From assembly GCA_039798785.1 (NCBI GenBank), contig JBDKFG010000035.1, positions 1 through 45,891 on the forward strand: a stretch of DNA of 45,891 nucleotides, in the 5' to 3' direction. The notes under the pieces were generated by a model. It made no database searches. It was not told where the DNA came from and was given only the letters and a program-made list of their open reading frames with translations. This DNA comes from Verrucomicrobiota bacterium (GTDB taxonomy: Bacteria > Verrucomicrobiota > Lentisphaeria > Lentisphaerales > Lentisphaeraceae). How positions within the stretch are numbered: the first letter of the stretch is position 1; the number at the start of each line of letters is the position of its first letter. Shown piece by piece: positions 32,066-41,460 of this stretch. Both the position numbers and the translations under genes were made by a program.

Positions 32066-32089
32066 GGGGTGTGTCGCCTGCGGCTCAGA

Positions 32090-32251
32090 TTCAAGATTCA
32101 AGATTCAAAATTCAAGACTGAGCTAGAGCGGACAATGAAGATTCAAGATTCAAAATCGACCGAGATTTGACATTCATAAATTCTTGATTTTTCAATCTTG
32201 AATCTTGAATTGAGCCCTGTCCATCTTGAATCTTGAATTTTGATTTTTGAA
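32090..32251. repeat. Inverted heptamer-array element (TTCAAGA arm / TCTTGAA arm)
   Basis: Left: 4 units (32090-32117), 17-nt spacer, 3 units; right: 4 reverse units, 14-nt spacer, 4 reverse units (32182-32251). Confidence 0.9.
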
Positions 32252-32255
32252 TTTA

Positions 32256-33812
32256 TCAGTAGGTCCGTCCGCTCTTGCCATCCTTGGCCATGGCGCGGGC
32301 GGTTTCGATCAATTTGCGGCCGTGTTCGGTGGGGTATTTCGAGTCGACGCAGGCCATGCAGAGGTCTTTGGCGGGGAGGCCGATGACTTCGGGCAGGTCG
32401 CGGGCCGGCAGGTAGCGGAGCGAGTCGGCGCCGAGGGAATGGGCCATCCGCTGCAGGACTTCTTCGGGCAGGTCGGGTTCAAGGCGGTCGACCTCGATGT
32501 AGTGGCGGGCGAAGAGTTCGCCGAGGGTCGACATGTCGATGCCGTAGAAGCAGGGCGAGAGGATCGGCGGGCAGGCGATGCGGAGGTGGATTTCCTTGGC
32601 TTCGCCGCGCTGGCGGATGTCGCGGATGATGTGTTTCAGGGTAGTGCCGCGGACGATCGAGTCTTCGACCAGGAGGACTTTTTTGCCCTTGAGGACGGCG
32701 GGGAGGGGGGTGAACTTCTGTTGGACGATCTTGCCGCGGCTGTCGCCGGACTTGATGAAGGAGCGGCCGACGTAGCGGTTGCGGAAGAGGCCTTCGACGA
32801 CCGGGGCCTTGAGGGCGAAGCCCATGGCGTCGCCGCAGGCCTTGGCGGTGTCGGGCACCGAGACGACGATGGTGTCTTCGTCGATCACCAGATCTTCGTG
32901 TTTGGCGAGGAGCTGGCCGGCGCGGACGCGGGCTTCGTAGACATTGCGATTGTCGATCTCGGAGGCGACGTTGGAGAAGTAGATCCACTCGAAGAAGCAG
33001 TGGGAGATGACGGGCGATTCGGCGAAGCGTTCGATCTTGATGCCCTTGTCGCCGCAGACCAGGATGTGACCGGGGTCGAGGGTCTTGATGTTGGAGACGC
33101 CGCGGTTCCAGATGGCGACCGATTCCGAGGCGACATAGAGCAGGTCGTCGGCGATGGCGTAGGCCATCGGCTTGAAGCCTTGGGGATCGCGGGCGATGAC
33201 GAGGTTGCCGCAGGCGTCGATGAGGGCGAGGCACCAGGCGCCGTCGAGGATCTTGCTGAGGTTGGCGAAGATCTGGCGGTAGTTGGGGGCGTCGGGCTCG
33301 GACTCGGCGATCTCGCCGGCGAGGAAGTGCATGAAGACCTCGGTATCCGACTCGAGGTTGAGGTGGTAGCCTTTCTCCTCGGTGAGGACGCGGCGCAGCT
33401 CGGCCTGGTTGGCGATGTTGCCGTTGAAGCAGAAGGAGAACCACTTCGAGATGCGGCCGTGGATGCGCTCGAAGGGCTGGGCGTAGTTGACGTCGTCCTT
33501 GCCGCAGGTGGCGTAGCGGACGTGGCCGATGCCGGCGCTGCCGCGGAGGGCGGCGGCGATGTCGTGCGAGTTGTGGTATTCGGGAGTGAAGGCCTTGTTC
33601 ACCGTGCCGAGGGCCTTGTAGGTGCGCAGCAGCTGGTTGCGCGAGCGGTCGTAGGTGGTGATGCCGGCGGAGAGCTCGCCGCGGTTTTGCATGTCCTGGA
33701 GCATCAGCGGCAGCAGGTGGCTGACGTCGCGGGAGTTGTCGGGAAGGCCTCGTTTGAGGGAGTACACCGCGGCGACGCCGCATTCTTCTCTGGGGTGATC
33801 GTCATCCGCCAT
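32256..33812 (-). CDS. purF: Amidophosphoribosyltransferase (Fe-S type with propeptide)
   Basis: REE-CGV, GIGHVRYAT, CFFEWIYF, NRYVGRSFI, VEDSIVRGTT, PCFYGIDM, LCMAC. Confidence 0.96.
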   Translation of the reverse strand: MADDDHPREECGVAAVYSLKRGLPDNSRDVSHLLPLMLQDMQNRGELSAGITTYDRSRNQLLRTYKALGTVNKAFTPEYHNSHDIAAALRGSAGIGHVRYATCGKDDVNYAQPFERIHGRISKWFSFCFNGNIANQAELRRVLTEEKGYHLNLESDTEVFMHFLAGEIAESEPDAPNYRQIFANLSKILDGAWCLALIDACGNLVIARDPQGFKPMAYAIADDLLYVASESVAIWNRGVSNIKTLDPGHILVCGDKGIKIERFAESPVISHCFFEWIYFSNVASEIDNRNVYEARVRAGQLLAKHEDLVIDEDTIVVSVPDTAKACGDAMGFALKAPVVEGLFRNRYVGRSFIKSGDSRGKIVQQKFTPLPAVLKGKKVLLVEDSIVRGTTLKHIIRDIRQRGEAKEIHLRIACPPILSPCFYGIDMSTLGELFARHYIEVDRLEPDLPEEVLQRMAHSLGADSLRYLPARDLPEVIGLPAKDLCMACVDSKYPTEHGRKLIETARAMAKDGKSGRTY

Positions 33813-34149
33813 GAAAATCTCAGTCGAAGTCGTCATTTTGCCTGCCTTGGTTTTTGCGGCCCAAACAATACGCTGCTTCGTCTTTGCGGCAAGGCTTCCC
33901 GCCGACAGGAAAAAGGCGGGGTGGGACTTTGCGGACGAAGGGTTGCCGGTGCCCGCAACTTACTCGGGAAAAGCAGAGGCGGCGGGTGGAATTGGCGCGA
34001 AAGCACAGAAAAGATCGGGCCGGGTGAGCCTGGCGAGGGTCAGGAAATTCAGGAGAGGACGAGTCGTGCGGGCCGTCCGGACGCCTGGTGCCGATTGTGG
34101 GATTGAGTCGGAGCTGTAAGCTTTGAGCGAGCAACCCCGAGGAAAGGCG

Positions 34150-34719
34150 ATGGAGCGACTGACAAGTGTATTGGAGGCGATTGACGCGGTGAACGCCACG
34201 GATCCCCGGCTCGACGGCGGCAAGCCGCTCGAGCTGGTCTACGGGCGTCGGATGAGCCAGTGGCTGCAGAAACTGGCGCCAGACGCCGGGGAGCTGCTGC
34301 GCATCGCGGTGCGGGCCCAGCACGTCGCGCGCTGGAAGCTGCCTCGCTCCGACTTTCCCATGGACCGCCCCGGGTATCTGCAGTGGCGCACGACCCTGGG
34401 GCGGATGCATGCCGATGAGGCCGCGAGGCTGATGTCTGCCAACGGCTACGCGCCGATCGAGTGCGACTATGTCAAGTCCCTCCTTCGCAAGGAGAAACTG
34501 AAGAGCAATTCCGACACCCAGACTCTCGAAGACTGCGCCTGCCTGGTCTTCCTGGAGAACGGCTTCGCCGAATTCGCCCGCAACCATGACGAGGAGAAGA
34601 TTCTCGACATCCTGCGCAAGACCTGGGGCAAGATGTCCGAGGCGGCTCATCAGCAGGCCCTGCAGTTGAAGCTCGCCCCCGAGGCTGCCGCCCTGGTCGC
34701 CAAGGCGCTCAATCCTTAG
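34150..34719 (+). CDS. DUF4202 family protein
   Basis: IDAVNATDP, ELVYGRRM, RAQHVARW..PRSDFPMDRPGYLQWR, TQTLEDCACLVFL, KTWGKMS; alternative TTG start at 34123. Confidence 0.88.
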   Translation: MERLTSVLEAIDAVNATDPRLDGGKPLELVYGRRMSQWLQKLAPDAGELLRIAVRAQHVARWKLPRSDFPMDRPGYLQWRTTLGRMHADEAARLMSANGYAPIECDYVKSLLRKEKLKSNSDTQTLEDCACLVFLENGFAEFARNHDEEKILDILRKTWGKMSEAAHQQALQLKLAPEAAALVAKALNP

Positions 34720-34804
34720 GGAACTGCGGCGAAAAGCTTGCGTGCCACGCGTCTTCAGATGTAAACTGGTTTCGATTTCATTCACCTCAACAGGAGTTCC
34801 CGCG

Positions 34805-36955
34805 ATGCGCTTTCTCTCTTCCACTGCTACCATGATCTCGCTTCTCTGCCTTTCCCTGCAGTCTCAGGAGGCTGCGCCGGCGCCGGCACCTGCCGCAGAA
34901 GGCCTGCGGATCCCCGGCCAGCAGCAGCTCGTCGCCCTGACTCTTTCCCGGATCATGGAGGGCAACCACTACAGCAAGACGAGCTTCGACGACACGATGT
35001 CGGCGAAGATCTTCGAGGAATATCTCGTCACCCTCGACCCGCAGCGTCGCATCTTCCTCGCCGCCGACATCGCCGAGTTCACTCCCTACCGCCAGATTCT
35101 CGACGAGCAGTTCAAGGAGGGCGACCTGACCTTCGCCGTGAAGGTCTTCGAGCGCTACCTGCAGCGTCTCAAGGAAAGGGTCGAATTCGTTCGTGCCACG
35201 CTGGCGAAGCCCCTCAACACCGCCGACGAGGAATCGCTGGAGATCAATCGCGACAAGGCGGAGTGGCCGAAGGACTCCGCCGCCCAGGACCAGCTCTGGC
35301 GCCGCATCCTTGAGAATGAATGGATCCTCGCCGAGATGGCCGACGAAGCGGAGGCGAAGCGCCAGGCCCGCCTCAAGGCCAAGGGCAAGCCCTTCGACGC
35401 CGCCACCAAGCGCCCGCCCCAGGAGCAGATCCTCAGGCGCTACGACAACTTCCTCAAGAGCCAGAAGGACTTCAGCGGCGAAGAGCTCGCCGAGCTGATG
35501 ATCAACGTCATGACCCGCTGCTTCGACCCGCACTCCAGCTACTTCGGCCCGAAAGCGATGGAGGAGTTCGAGATCTCGATGAAGCTCTCCCTCTCCGGCA
35601 TCGGCGCCACCTTGCAGTGGGATGACGGCTACACCAAGATCACCGACATCATGCCCGGCAGCCCCGCCGAGCTCGGCGGCCAGCTCCAGATCGGCGACCG
35701 CCTCATCGAAGTCGGCCAGGGGGACGAAACCCCGGTCAACGTCGTCGACATGCGCCTGTCGAAAGTGGTCTCCCTTGTCCGCGGACAGAAGGGCAGCACA
35801 GTCACCCTCGTCATCGCCCGCGGCGGCCCCAACGGCGAACGCAAGACCTTGAAGATCGTCCGCGACAAGATCAAACTCACCGAATCCGAAGCCAAAGGCG
35901 AGCTTCGCCTGGTCGAAAACCAAGGCCGTCAGGTCAAGGTCGGGGTGGTCCGCTTGCCTGCCTTCTATGACGGCGTCGCCACCGCCGACGGCAAGGGCAC
36001 CAAGGGCTGCAGCGACGACGTCAAGCGTGAAATCCTGAAGCTGAAGGAACAGGGGGTCGAAGCTCTCCTCCTCGACCTGCGCGAAAACGGCGGCGGCTCC
36101 CTTGGCGAGGCGGTCAAGCTGGCCGGTTTCTTCATCGACCAGGGCCCGGTGGTCCAGATCCGCGACACCAGCGGCTCCACCGAGGTGCTGGATGACGAAG
36201 ATGCCGGCGTCCTCTGGGGCGGGCCTCTGGTAGTGATGGTGAACGAACACTCCGCTTCGGCTTCGGAAATCGTCGCCGCGGCGATCCAGGACCATAAGCG
36301 CGGCATCATCGTCGGCGTCAGCCCCCGCACTCACGGCAAGGGGACGGTCCAGCGCGTCATCGACCTGTCTCGCGTCCGCCAGCTGTCGAAGCTGAAGAAG
36401 TCGCCTGGCGAAATCAAGCTGACGATCGCCAAGTTCTACCGCGTCAACGGCGGTTCGACGCAGGAGAAAGGGGTCGAGCCGGACATCGCCCTGCCCACTC
36501 TGATCGACGAGGAGGAGGGTGAGGTCCACCTCCGCCATCACCTGCCCTACGACCAGATACAAGCTCTGCAGGTCGCCCAGGATGCCCGTTTCGCTCAGAC
36601 GCTTGACGAAGTCAGCAAGCTGAGCCTTGGCCGTCGTCAGGCTTCGCCCGAGTTCAAGACCCTGCTCGCCGACATCGCCCGCATCGAGGAGCGCAAGAAG
36701 GCTGGCACGGTCTCCCTCCAGAAGGAGACACGGATCAAGGAATTCCACGACGAGGAACGCCGCCGCGAGGAGGCTCGCCCGATGTACAACCTGATCGCCG
36801 GCCTGGAGAAGGGTGAGGAGGACGAAGACGAAGAGACCCTCTACCGTAAAACTCGCCACAAGATCCGCAACGACGTCTACTTGCGCGAGGGCGAAGCGGT
36901 CGCGGCCGACCTGGTCCGCCTTGCCTCCGAACCGAAAGTCGCGGTCAAGCCCTGA
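34805..36955 (+). CDS. prc: Carboxy-terminal processing (tail-specific) protease, S41A
   Basis: Signal peptide, DPHSSYF, LSGIGATL (PDZ), DLRENGGGSL, SASASEI, GKGTVQ, KFYRVNGGSTQEKGVEPDI; RBS AGGAG. Confidence 0.92.
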   Translation: MRFLSSTATMISLLCLSLQSQEAAPAPAPAAEGLRIPGQQQLVALTLSRIMEGNHYSKTSFDDTMSAKIFEEYLVTLDPQRRIFLAADIAEFTPYRQILDEQFKEGDLTFAVKVFERYLQRLKERVEFVRATLAKPLNTADEESLEINRDKAEWPKDSAAQDQLWRRILENEWILAEMADEAEAKRQARLKAKGKPFDAATKRPPQEQILRRYDNFLKSQKDFSGEELAELMINVMTRCFDPHSSYFGPKAMEEFEISMKLSLSGIGATLQWDDGYTKITDIMPGSPAELGGQLQIGDRLIEVGQGDETPVNVVDMRLSKVVSLVRGQKGSTVTLVIARGGPNGERKTLKIVRDKIKLTESEAKGELRLVENQGRQVKVGVVRLPAFYDGVATADGKGTKGCSDDVKREILKLKEQGVEALLLDLRENGGGSLGEAVKLAGFFIDQGPVVQIRDTSGSTEVLDDEDAGVLWGGPLVVMVNEHSASASEIVAAAIQDHKRGIIVGVSPRTHGKGTVQRVIDLSRVRQLSKLKKSPGEIKLTIAKFYRVNGGSTQEKGVEPDIALPTLIDEEEGEVHLRHHLPYDQIQALQVAQDARFAQTLDEVSKLSLGRRQASPEFKTLLADIARIEERKKAGTVSLQKETRIKEFHDEERRREEARPMYNLIAGLEKGEEDEDEETLYRKTRHKIRNDVYLREGEAVAADLVRLASEPKVAVKP

Positions 36956-36973
36956 TCCACAGCACAGATCATT

Positions 36974-37005
36974 CGGGAGGGAGCGGCGGAAGCGGCTCCC
37001 TCCCG
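36974..37005 (+). terminator. Hairpin after prc
   Basis: CGGGAGGGAGC...GCTCCCTCCCG followed by CCTTT; weak U tract. Confidence 0.5.
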
Positions 37006-37120
37006 CCTTTGCCTGCACAAAATCGACGATCGATCCCGGTGCGGCGAAGAAGGCGTTCGACAGGAAGCCTTTCGGCGCTAACTTGGCGCGCTTTTCATCC
37101 TTCAATCTGGAGAATCCCTA

Positions 37121-37996
37121 GTGTACTCGATCTACATCTCTCTCGCCATCGGCCTCGGTCTCGGCCTGCTTTACCGGCTCATCAGCGGCAGCGAAGCCAC
37201 CTGGGGCATTGGCGTCGTCTTCTTCATCAGCTTCAGCGTCGCCTTCATCTGGCTGTCTCGCCGGATCAGCAATCAGGTGCTCGTGGTGGTCGGCAAGATG
37301 CAGCAGCACATGCAGGCCGCCACCGAATCGATGCAGAAGAAGATCAACGGCGCCAAGTCGCGTCCAGGGATCAATGAAAGCGCCTTCCGCAAATCTCTCG
37401 AGGCGCAGCAGAAACAGACTAATCTCGAGGCACTCGAGATCCTTAAGGAGGCTGATGCCTTGGGGAAGTGGAATTTCCTCGTCCCCAAGCAGCTCGCCGC
37501 CATCCGCCTGCAACTTCTCCACAGCGTCAAGATGTTCGATGAAGCCGACAGGTTCCGTTCCGAGGTGAGCCTTGCCGATCCGACCGCCGCCAGCATGGTC
37601 CTGGCCCGGATCTGGATGACTCAGCCCTTGCCGCAGAAGGCTGATGACAAGGTGCTGGCCGAGTGGGAGGGCACCAAGGTCTACCTCAAGTCGACCAAGA
37701 GCCTGATGGCTCCCAAAGGATCCCCTTCCAGCATCGTCTACGGCACCTATGCATGGATGCTTCTCAAGGCTGGTCTTGAGGACAAGGCGAGAGAGGTCCT
37801 CGAAGCGGGCTTGAAGAAATATGCCGATCCGGTCCTGCAGGCAAACCTCGACCTCATCCGCAACAAGAACGCAGCCCAATGCTCGAACGCCGGATTCGCC
37901 GAGCGCTGGTATGCTCTCCATATCGAAGAGCCGCCTCGTGAAAAGCCCCGCGTCCAGCAGGTCCGTCAAGGTCGCGGCGGCATGCCCTACTTCTGA
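37121..37996 (+). CDS. Membrane-anchored helical (TPR-like) hypothetical protein
   Basis: GTG start after GGAG; two N-terminal TM helices; helical repeats such as YAWMLLKAGLEDKAREVLEAGLK. Confidence 0.75.
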   Translation: MYSIYISLAIGLGLGLLYRLISGSEATWGIGVVFFISFSVAFIWLSRRISNQVLVVVGKMQQHMQAATESMQKKINGAKSRPGINESAFRKSLEAQQKQTNLEALEILKEADALGKWNFLVPKQLAAIRLQLLHSVKMFDEADRFRSEVSLADPTAASMVLARIWMTQPLPQKADDKVLAEWEGTKVYLKSTKSLMAPKGSPSSIVYGTYAWMLLKAGLEDKAREVLEAGLKKYADPVLQANLDLIRNKNAAQCSNAGFAERWYALHIEEPPREKPRVQQVRQGRGGMPYF

Positions 37997-38210
37997 TCCG
38001 GGGCCGGACGGCAAGATGCAAAAGCTCGTCCTCGGTTGAGTGAGACGCAAAAAATCGACCTGTATGCTCCCAAATCAAGCTCAGATCAACCGCAGAAACC
38101 GTAGAAGACGCAAAAGAACGCAGAGAGATTGATCGACAAAGCGCGCACGCTCTCTATTTGTGCTCCCTGTGCCTTTTGAGGCCTTCGTTCCTTAGAGTGA
38201 TACTGGGCGT

Positions 38211-38249
38211 AAAAATCCCGCCTCCCCATCTCGGGGAGGCGGGATTTTT
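38211..38249. terminator. Bidirectional intrinsic terminator between convergent genes
   Basis: AAAAATCCCGCCTCCCC-ATCTC-GGGGAGGCGGGATTTTT. Confidence 0.9.
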
Positions 38250-38264
38250 CTTGATATCGCAGTC

Positions 38265-39806
38265 TTAGACGACCTGGATCTCGCTGTCGACGCGGATGAT
38301 GGTGTCGTGCCCCTTCCAGCTCACTTGCCAGGAGGAGAAGCCCTCCGGATCGGCGACCAGGGTCTGCAGCTGGACATGGTCACCTTCGATCACCAGGGTG
38401 TCGAAGCCGTCGCCGAGGATTTTCAGACCTTCGACCTTGTTCTTGAAGAGCTGCTTGGCGGTGAGGGTCAGGGTGGCGCCGTTGCCGCTGCCGCTGAGGA
38501 GATCGATGGTCTCGATGCCTTTGAGAAGCTTCATCCCGCTGAGATCCATGGCGCCTTCCTCACTGCGCAGGACCAGGGTGTCGTCTCCTTTGCCGCCGTT
38601 GACGCTGCGGACCGAGGAGTCGTCGACGAGGATGTGGTCGTCTCCTTTGCCGGCGCTGAAGCTGTCCTTGCCGCCGTTGCCGTCGAGCCAGTCGTCGCCT
38701 TTGCCGCCGTAGATCTTGTCGCGCCCGGTCTTGCCGTGAACGTAGCGGTCGTCCCCGGACTTCAGGGTGAAGCTGCTCTTGGCCGATTCAGCGTGGAACT
38801 CGACGCGCTGCTGGATCAGGTCGTCCCAGCTCAGCTCCTGGACTTCCTCGCCGCTGCTCTTCAGGCTGAAGCGGATGTCCTTCTTGCGGCTGATCTTGAC
38901 CTCGGCTTTCTCTTCGGCAGACTCATCGGCAAGCCAGTGTTGCAGGTTGCGCAGGACCGGATCGGCTTCCATGCCGGTGACGGTGTAGATCGGGAAGCCT
39001 TCGTCGTCGACGACGGGGGTTTCCGGTTTTTCTTCCGGGACCGGATCTTCGCCGCCGAGGGTCTGGATCGGGTTGCCGTTTTCGTCAACGTAGGGATCTT
39101 TTCCTTCGCCTTCCAGCGGCAGCAGGGTGATGACGACGCGAGGCTCGATTTCGCCCTTCTCCATGCGTAGCGCGTATTCTTTTTGCCACCAATTTTGGAA
39201 CTCTAAATTCCACGGGCCGCCGCACCAGTAAGGATTGATATCAAAGGGAATCTCTCCAATAGGCTCGCCGTTTTCGTCGAGATAGGGTAAAAGGCGAGTG
39301 AAGCCATCCAGGATGACGGGCTCGGTCCCGGGCTCGGACGTAAGCTCAGAGTCTTCTCCCTCGAGGCTGCGCCAGTAGGGCATGATTTCGCCTTCGCCGC
39401 GGAAGTAGATCTCGTCCCAGGTGGGGTCGATCGGCTGGCCATTTTCGTCGACGATCGGCTCGAGGATGCTGCACCAGATGACGGGCTTGCCGTTTTCATC
39501 GAGCTCCGGGTCGATGGGGCGGAGGATGGGATTGCCTTCTTCGTCGAGCTCGACCGGAAGTTCGCCGAGGCTGCGCCAGTAGGGCATGATTTCGCCTTCG
39601 CCGCGGAGGTAGATTTCTTCCCAGGGCTGTTCCTCGCCTTTCTCCGGCACATCGACGAGATTGCCGGCTTCATCGACGCCGAAGTAGCAGATGGCGATTT
39701 CGGGCTGATCGCCGTCGGGGATTTCGACGGATTCGGCAATGAGGATTTCCGTTTCGGCGGCCTGGTCGAGCGGCGAATCCGGGAGGATTTCGGGGTCAAC
39801 TGTCAT
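38265..39806 (-). CDS. Acidic repeat protein with C-terminal RTX (hemolysin-type Ca-binding) nonapeptides
   Basis: GGKGDD/GNGGKD/AGKGDD repeats; N-terminal Asp/Glu/Pro-rich region with DENG repeats and a duplicated EIYxRGEGEIMPYWRSL; RBS AGGAG; no Sec signal. Confidence 0.85.
   Translation of the reverse strand: MTVDPEILPDSPLDQAAETEILIAESVEIPDGDQPEIAICYFGVDEAGNLVDVPEKGEEQPWEEIYLRGEGEIMPYWRSLGELPVELDEEGNPILRPIDPELDENGKPVIWCSILEPIVDENGQPIDPTWDEIYFRGEGEIMPYWRSLEGEDSELTSEPGTEPVILDGFTRLLPYLDENGEPIGEIPFDINPYWCGGPWNLEFQNWWQKEYALRMEKGEIEPRVVITLLPLEGEGKDPYVDENGNPIQTLGGEDPVPEEKPETPVVDDEGFPIYTVTGMEADPVLRNLQHWLADESAEEKAEVKISRKKDIRFSLKSSGEEVQELSWDDLIQQRVEFHAESAKSSFTLKSGDDRYVHGKTGRDKIYGGKGDDWLDGNGGKDSFSAGKGDDHILVDDSSVRSVNGGKGDDTLVLRSEEGAMDLSGMKLLKGIETIDLLSGSGNGATLTLTAKQLFKNKVEGLKILGDGFDTLVIEGDHVQLQTLVADPEGFSSWQVSWKGHDTIIRVDSEIQVV
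39362..39614. repeat. 49-bp intragenic direct repeat (39362-39410 and 39566-39614)
   Basis: CGAGGCTGCGCCAGTAGGGCATGATTTCGCCTTCGCCGCGGARGTAGAT twice, one mismatch, 204 bp apart. Confidence 0.9.
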
Positions 39807-39929
39807 GGGGGTCTCCTGAGTTGTGTCGCGCTCATCAACGAGCGGCATCTCTAGGGCGCACAAGATCGAAGGATCTTAGGCCGTGTTGTCAAGATTTCCA
39901 GAAATTCCTCGCAACTTCTCCGGGAAGCG

Positions 39930-39961
39930 CAGAAGGCCAGCTCTTTCGGGCTGGCCTTCTG
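39930..39961 (-). terminator. Hairpin downstream of dnaB
   Basis: CAGAAGGCCAGC...GCTGGCCTTCTG inverted repeat 15 nt after the stop; poor U tract. Confidence 0.6.
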
Positions 39962-39975
39962 GCGTGCGGGGGATT

Positions 39976-41418
39976 TCAGAGCGGGTTGTCGTCGTCGTAC
40001 GAGGAGGACTTGTTTTCGAAACGGGTGTAATCGGGGACGAAGGTGACCTCGATGCTGCCGGTTTCGCCATTCCGGTGCTTGGCGACGATGATCTCGGTTT
40101 TCAATCGTTTCGCTTCGCCGGTGGGGTTGGGGGCGTATTGCTCTTCGCGGTCGCGGTGGAGGAGCAGCACGACGTCGGCGTCCTGTTCGATCGAGCCCGA
40201 TTCGCGCAGATGCGAGAGCTTGGGCTTGGTGGCGCCGCCCTGGGCGGCTTCAGATTGACGGTTGAGCTGGGCGAGGACGAGGATGGGCACCATCAGCTCC
40301 TTGGCGAGAGCCTTGATGCCGCCGGAGATCTGAGCCACTTCCTGTTCGCGGTTGGCGTTCTTGTTCAGACCCGAGCCTCGCATCAACTGCAGGTAGTCGA
40401 TGACGATGAACTGGATGTTGTACTTCTCCTTGAGGCGGCGGGCCTTGGCGCGGAGCTCGAGGATGCTGAGCTGGCCGGTGTCGTCGATCGCCATCGGGCA
40501 GACCTTGAGACGCTCGGCGGCGGCGACGAGACGGCTCATCTGGGAGCGCGACAGTTCGCGGCTGCAATCGCGCTGCGACACCCGGGCTTCAGAAAAGGCC
40601 AGACGCATGGCGAGCGAGCCCTTGTCCATTTCCAGGGAGAAGACGCCGACGGCGCGCGGGCTGCCGGGGGAATTGGCGCTGCCGACGCCGAGGGCGACGT
40701 TGGCGGCGATGTTCATGGCCAGCGTGGTCTTGCCGATCGAGGGGCGGGCCGCCAGGACCAGCATTTCGCCGGGCTTGAGGCCGTTGAGAAGATTGTCGAG
40801 ATCGTCGTAGCCGGTGGGGATCCCTTGCGAACCGGCGCCCTTCTCGTTGATCATGCTGATCCGCGTCAGGGTGTCGTTCATCAGGTCGCCGACGAGGACG
40901 GCGGCATCGGAGGAGCCGCGGAGAGAGATTTCGTTGAGCCGCCGCTGCAGGTCGTCAATGAGGGCGCCGGGCTCGGCTTCGGCGCTGTCGAGGCAGCGCG
41001 ACACGGTGTCGGAGGAGAGGCGTATGAGGTCGCGCAGGAGGGCATCGGCGCCGACGATCTGGAGCCAGTTTTCGAAGTTGGCGCTGGATGGGACCGAGTT
41101 GATCACCTGGGCCAGGTAGGATTCGCCGCCGACGCGTTCGAGCTGGCCGGAAGCGCGGAGGGCGTCGGGCAGGGTGACGAGGTCGATGGCGACGGCCTTG
41201 CGTTCCAGTTCGACGAGGGCGTTCCAGATCGCCTGGTGGGCGGGTGAGTGGAAGCAGGATTCGCCGCGGAGGACGGGCATGGCGAGCTGCAGGCAGCGCT
41301 GCGGCTCGAGGAGGATGCTGCCGAGCACGGCCCGTTCAGCGTCGTGGTTATGCGGCAAAGGCCGCTCCCCGGTGAGGAGCGGCCCTGTGCGTTGAGTCTG
41401 GAACTTGCGTTCTTCCAT
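39976..41418 (-). CDS. dnaB: Replicative DNA helicase
   Basis: LPHNHDAERAVLG, AARPSIGKT, FSLEM, IDYLQLM, LAQLNR, LRESGSIEQDAD, AKHRNG. Confidence 0.97.
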   Translation of the reverse strand: MEERKFQTQRTGPLLTGERPLPHNHDAERAVLGSILLEPQRCLQLAMPVLRGESCFHSPAHQAIWNALVELERKAVAIDLVTLPDALRASGQLERVGGESYLAQVINSVPSSANFENWLQIVGADALLRDLIRLSSDTVSRCLDSAEAEPGALIDDLQRRLNEISLRGSSDAAVLVGDLMNDTLTRISMINEKGAGSQGIPTGYDDLDNLLNGLKPGEMLVLAARPSIGKTTLAMNIAANVALGVGSANSPGSPRAVGVFSLEMDKGSLAMRLAFSEARVSQRDCSRELSRSQMSRLVAAAERLKVCPMAIDDTGQLSILELRAKARRLKEKYNIQFIVIDYLQLMRGSGLNKNANREQEVAQISGGIKALAKELMVPILVLAQLNRQSEAAQGGATKPKLSHLRESGSIEQDADVVLLLHRDREEQYAPNPTGEAKRLKTEIIVAKHRNGETGSIEVTFVPDYTRFENKSSSYDDDNPL

Positions 41419-41460
41419 CGTCAGACGAGGCCGCCTTTGACGGCGACCCCTTCCTCAGGA

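Noticed and set aside
32090..32251. Repeat-spacer pattern as a CRISPR array
   Set aside because: Units are 7-bp tandems with 14-17 nt interruptions and inverted arms; no 23-47 bp direct repeats and no cas genes
33813..34122. Purine-related riboswitch upstream of purF
   Set aside because: No recognisable aptamer consensus by eye; reads as a divergent promoter region (an Rfam scan would settle it)
39976..41418. Intein in DnaB
   Set aside because: Normal length (480 aa) with contiguous motifs
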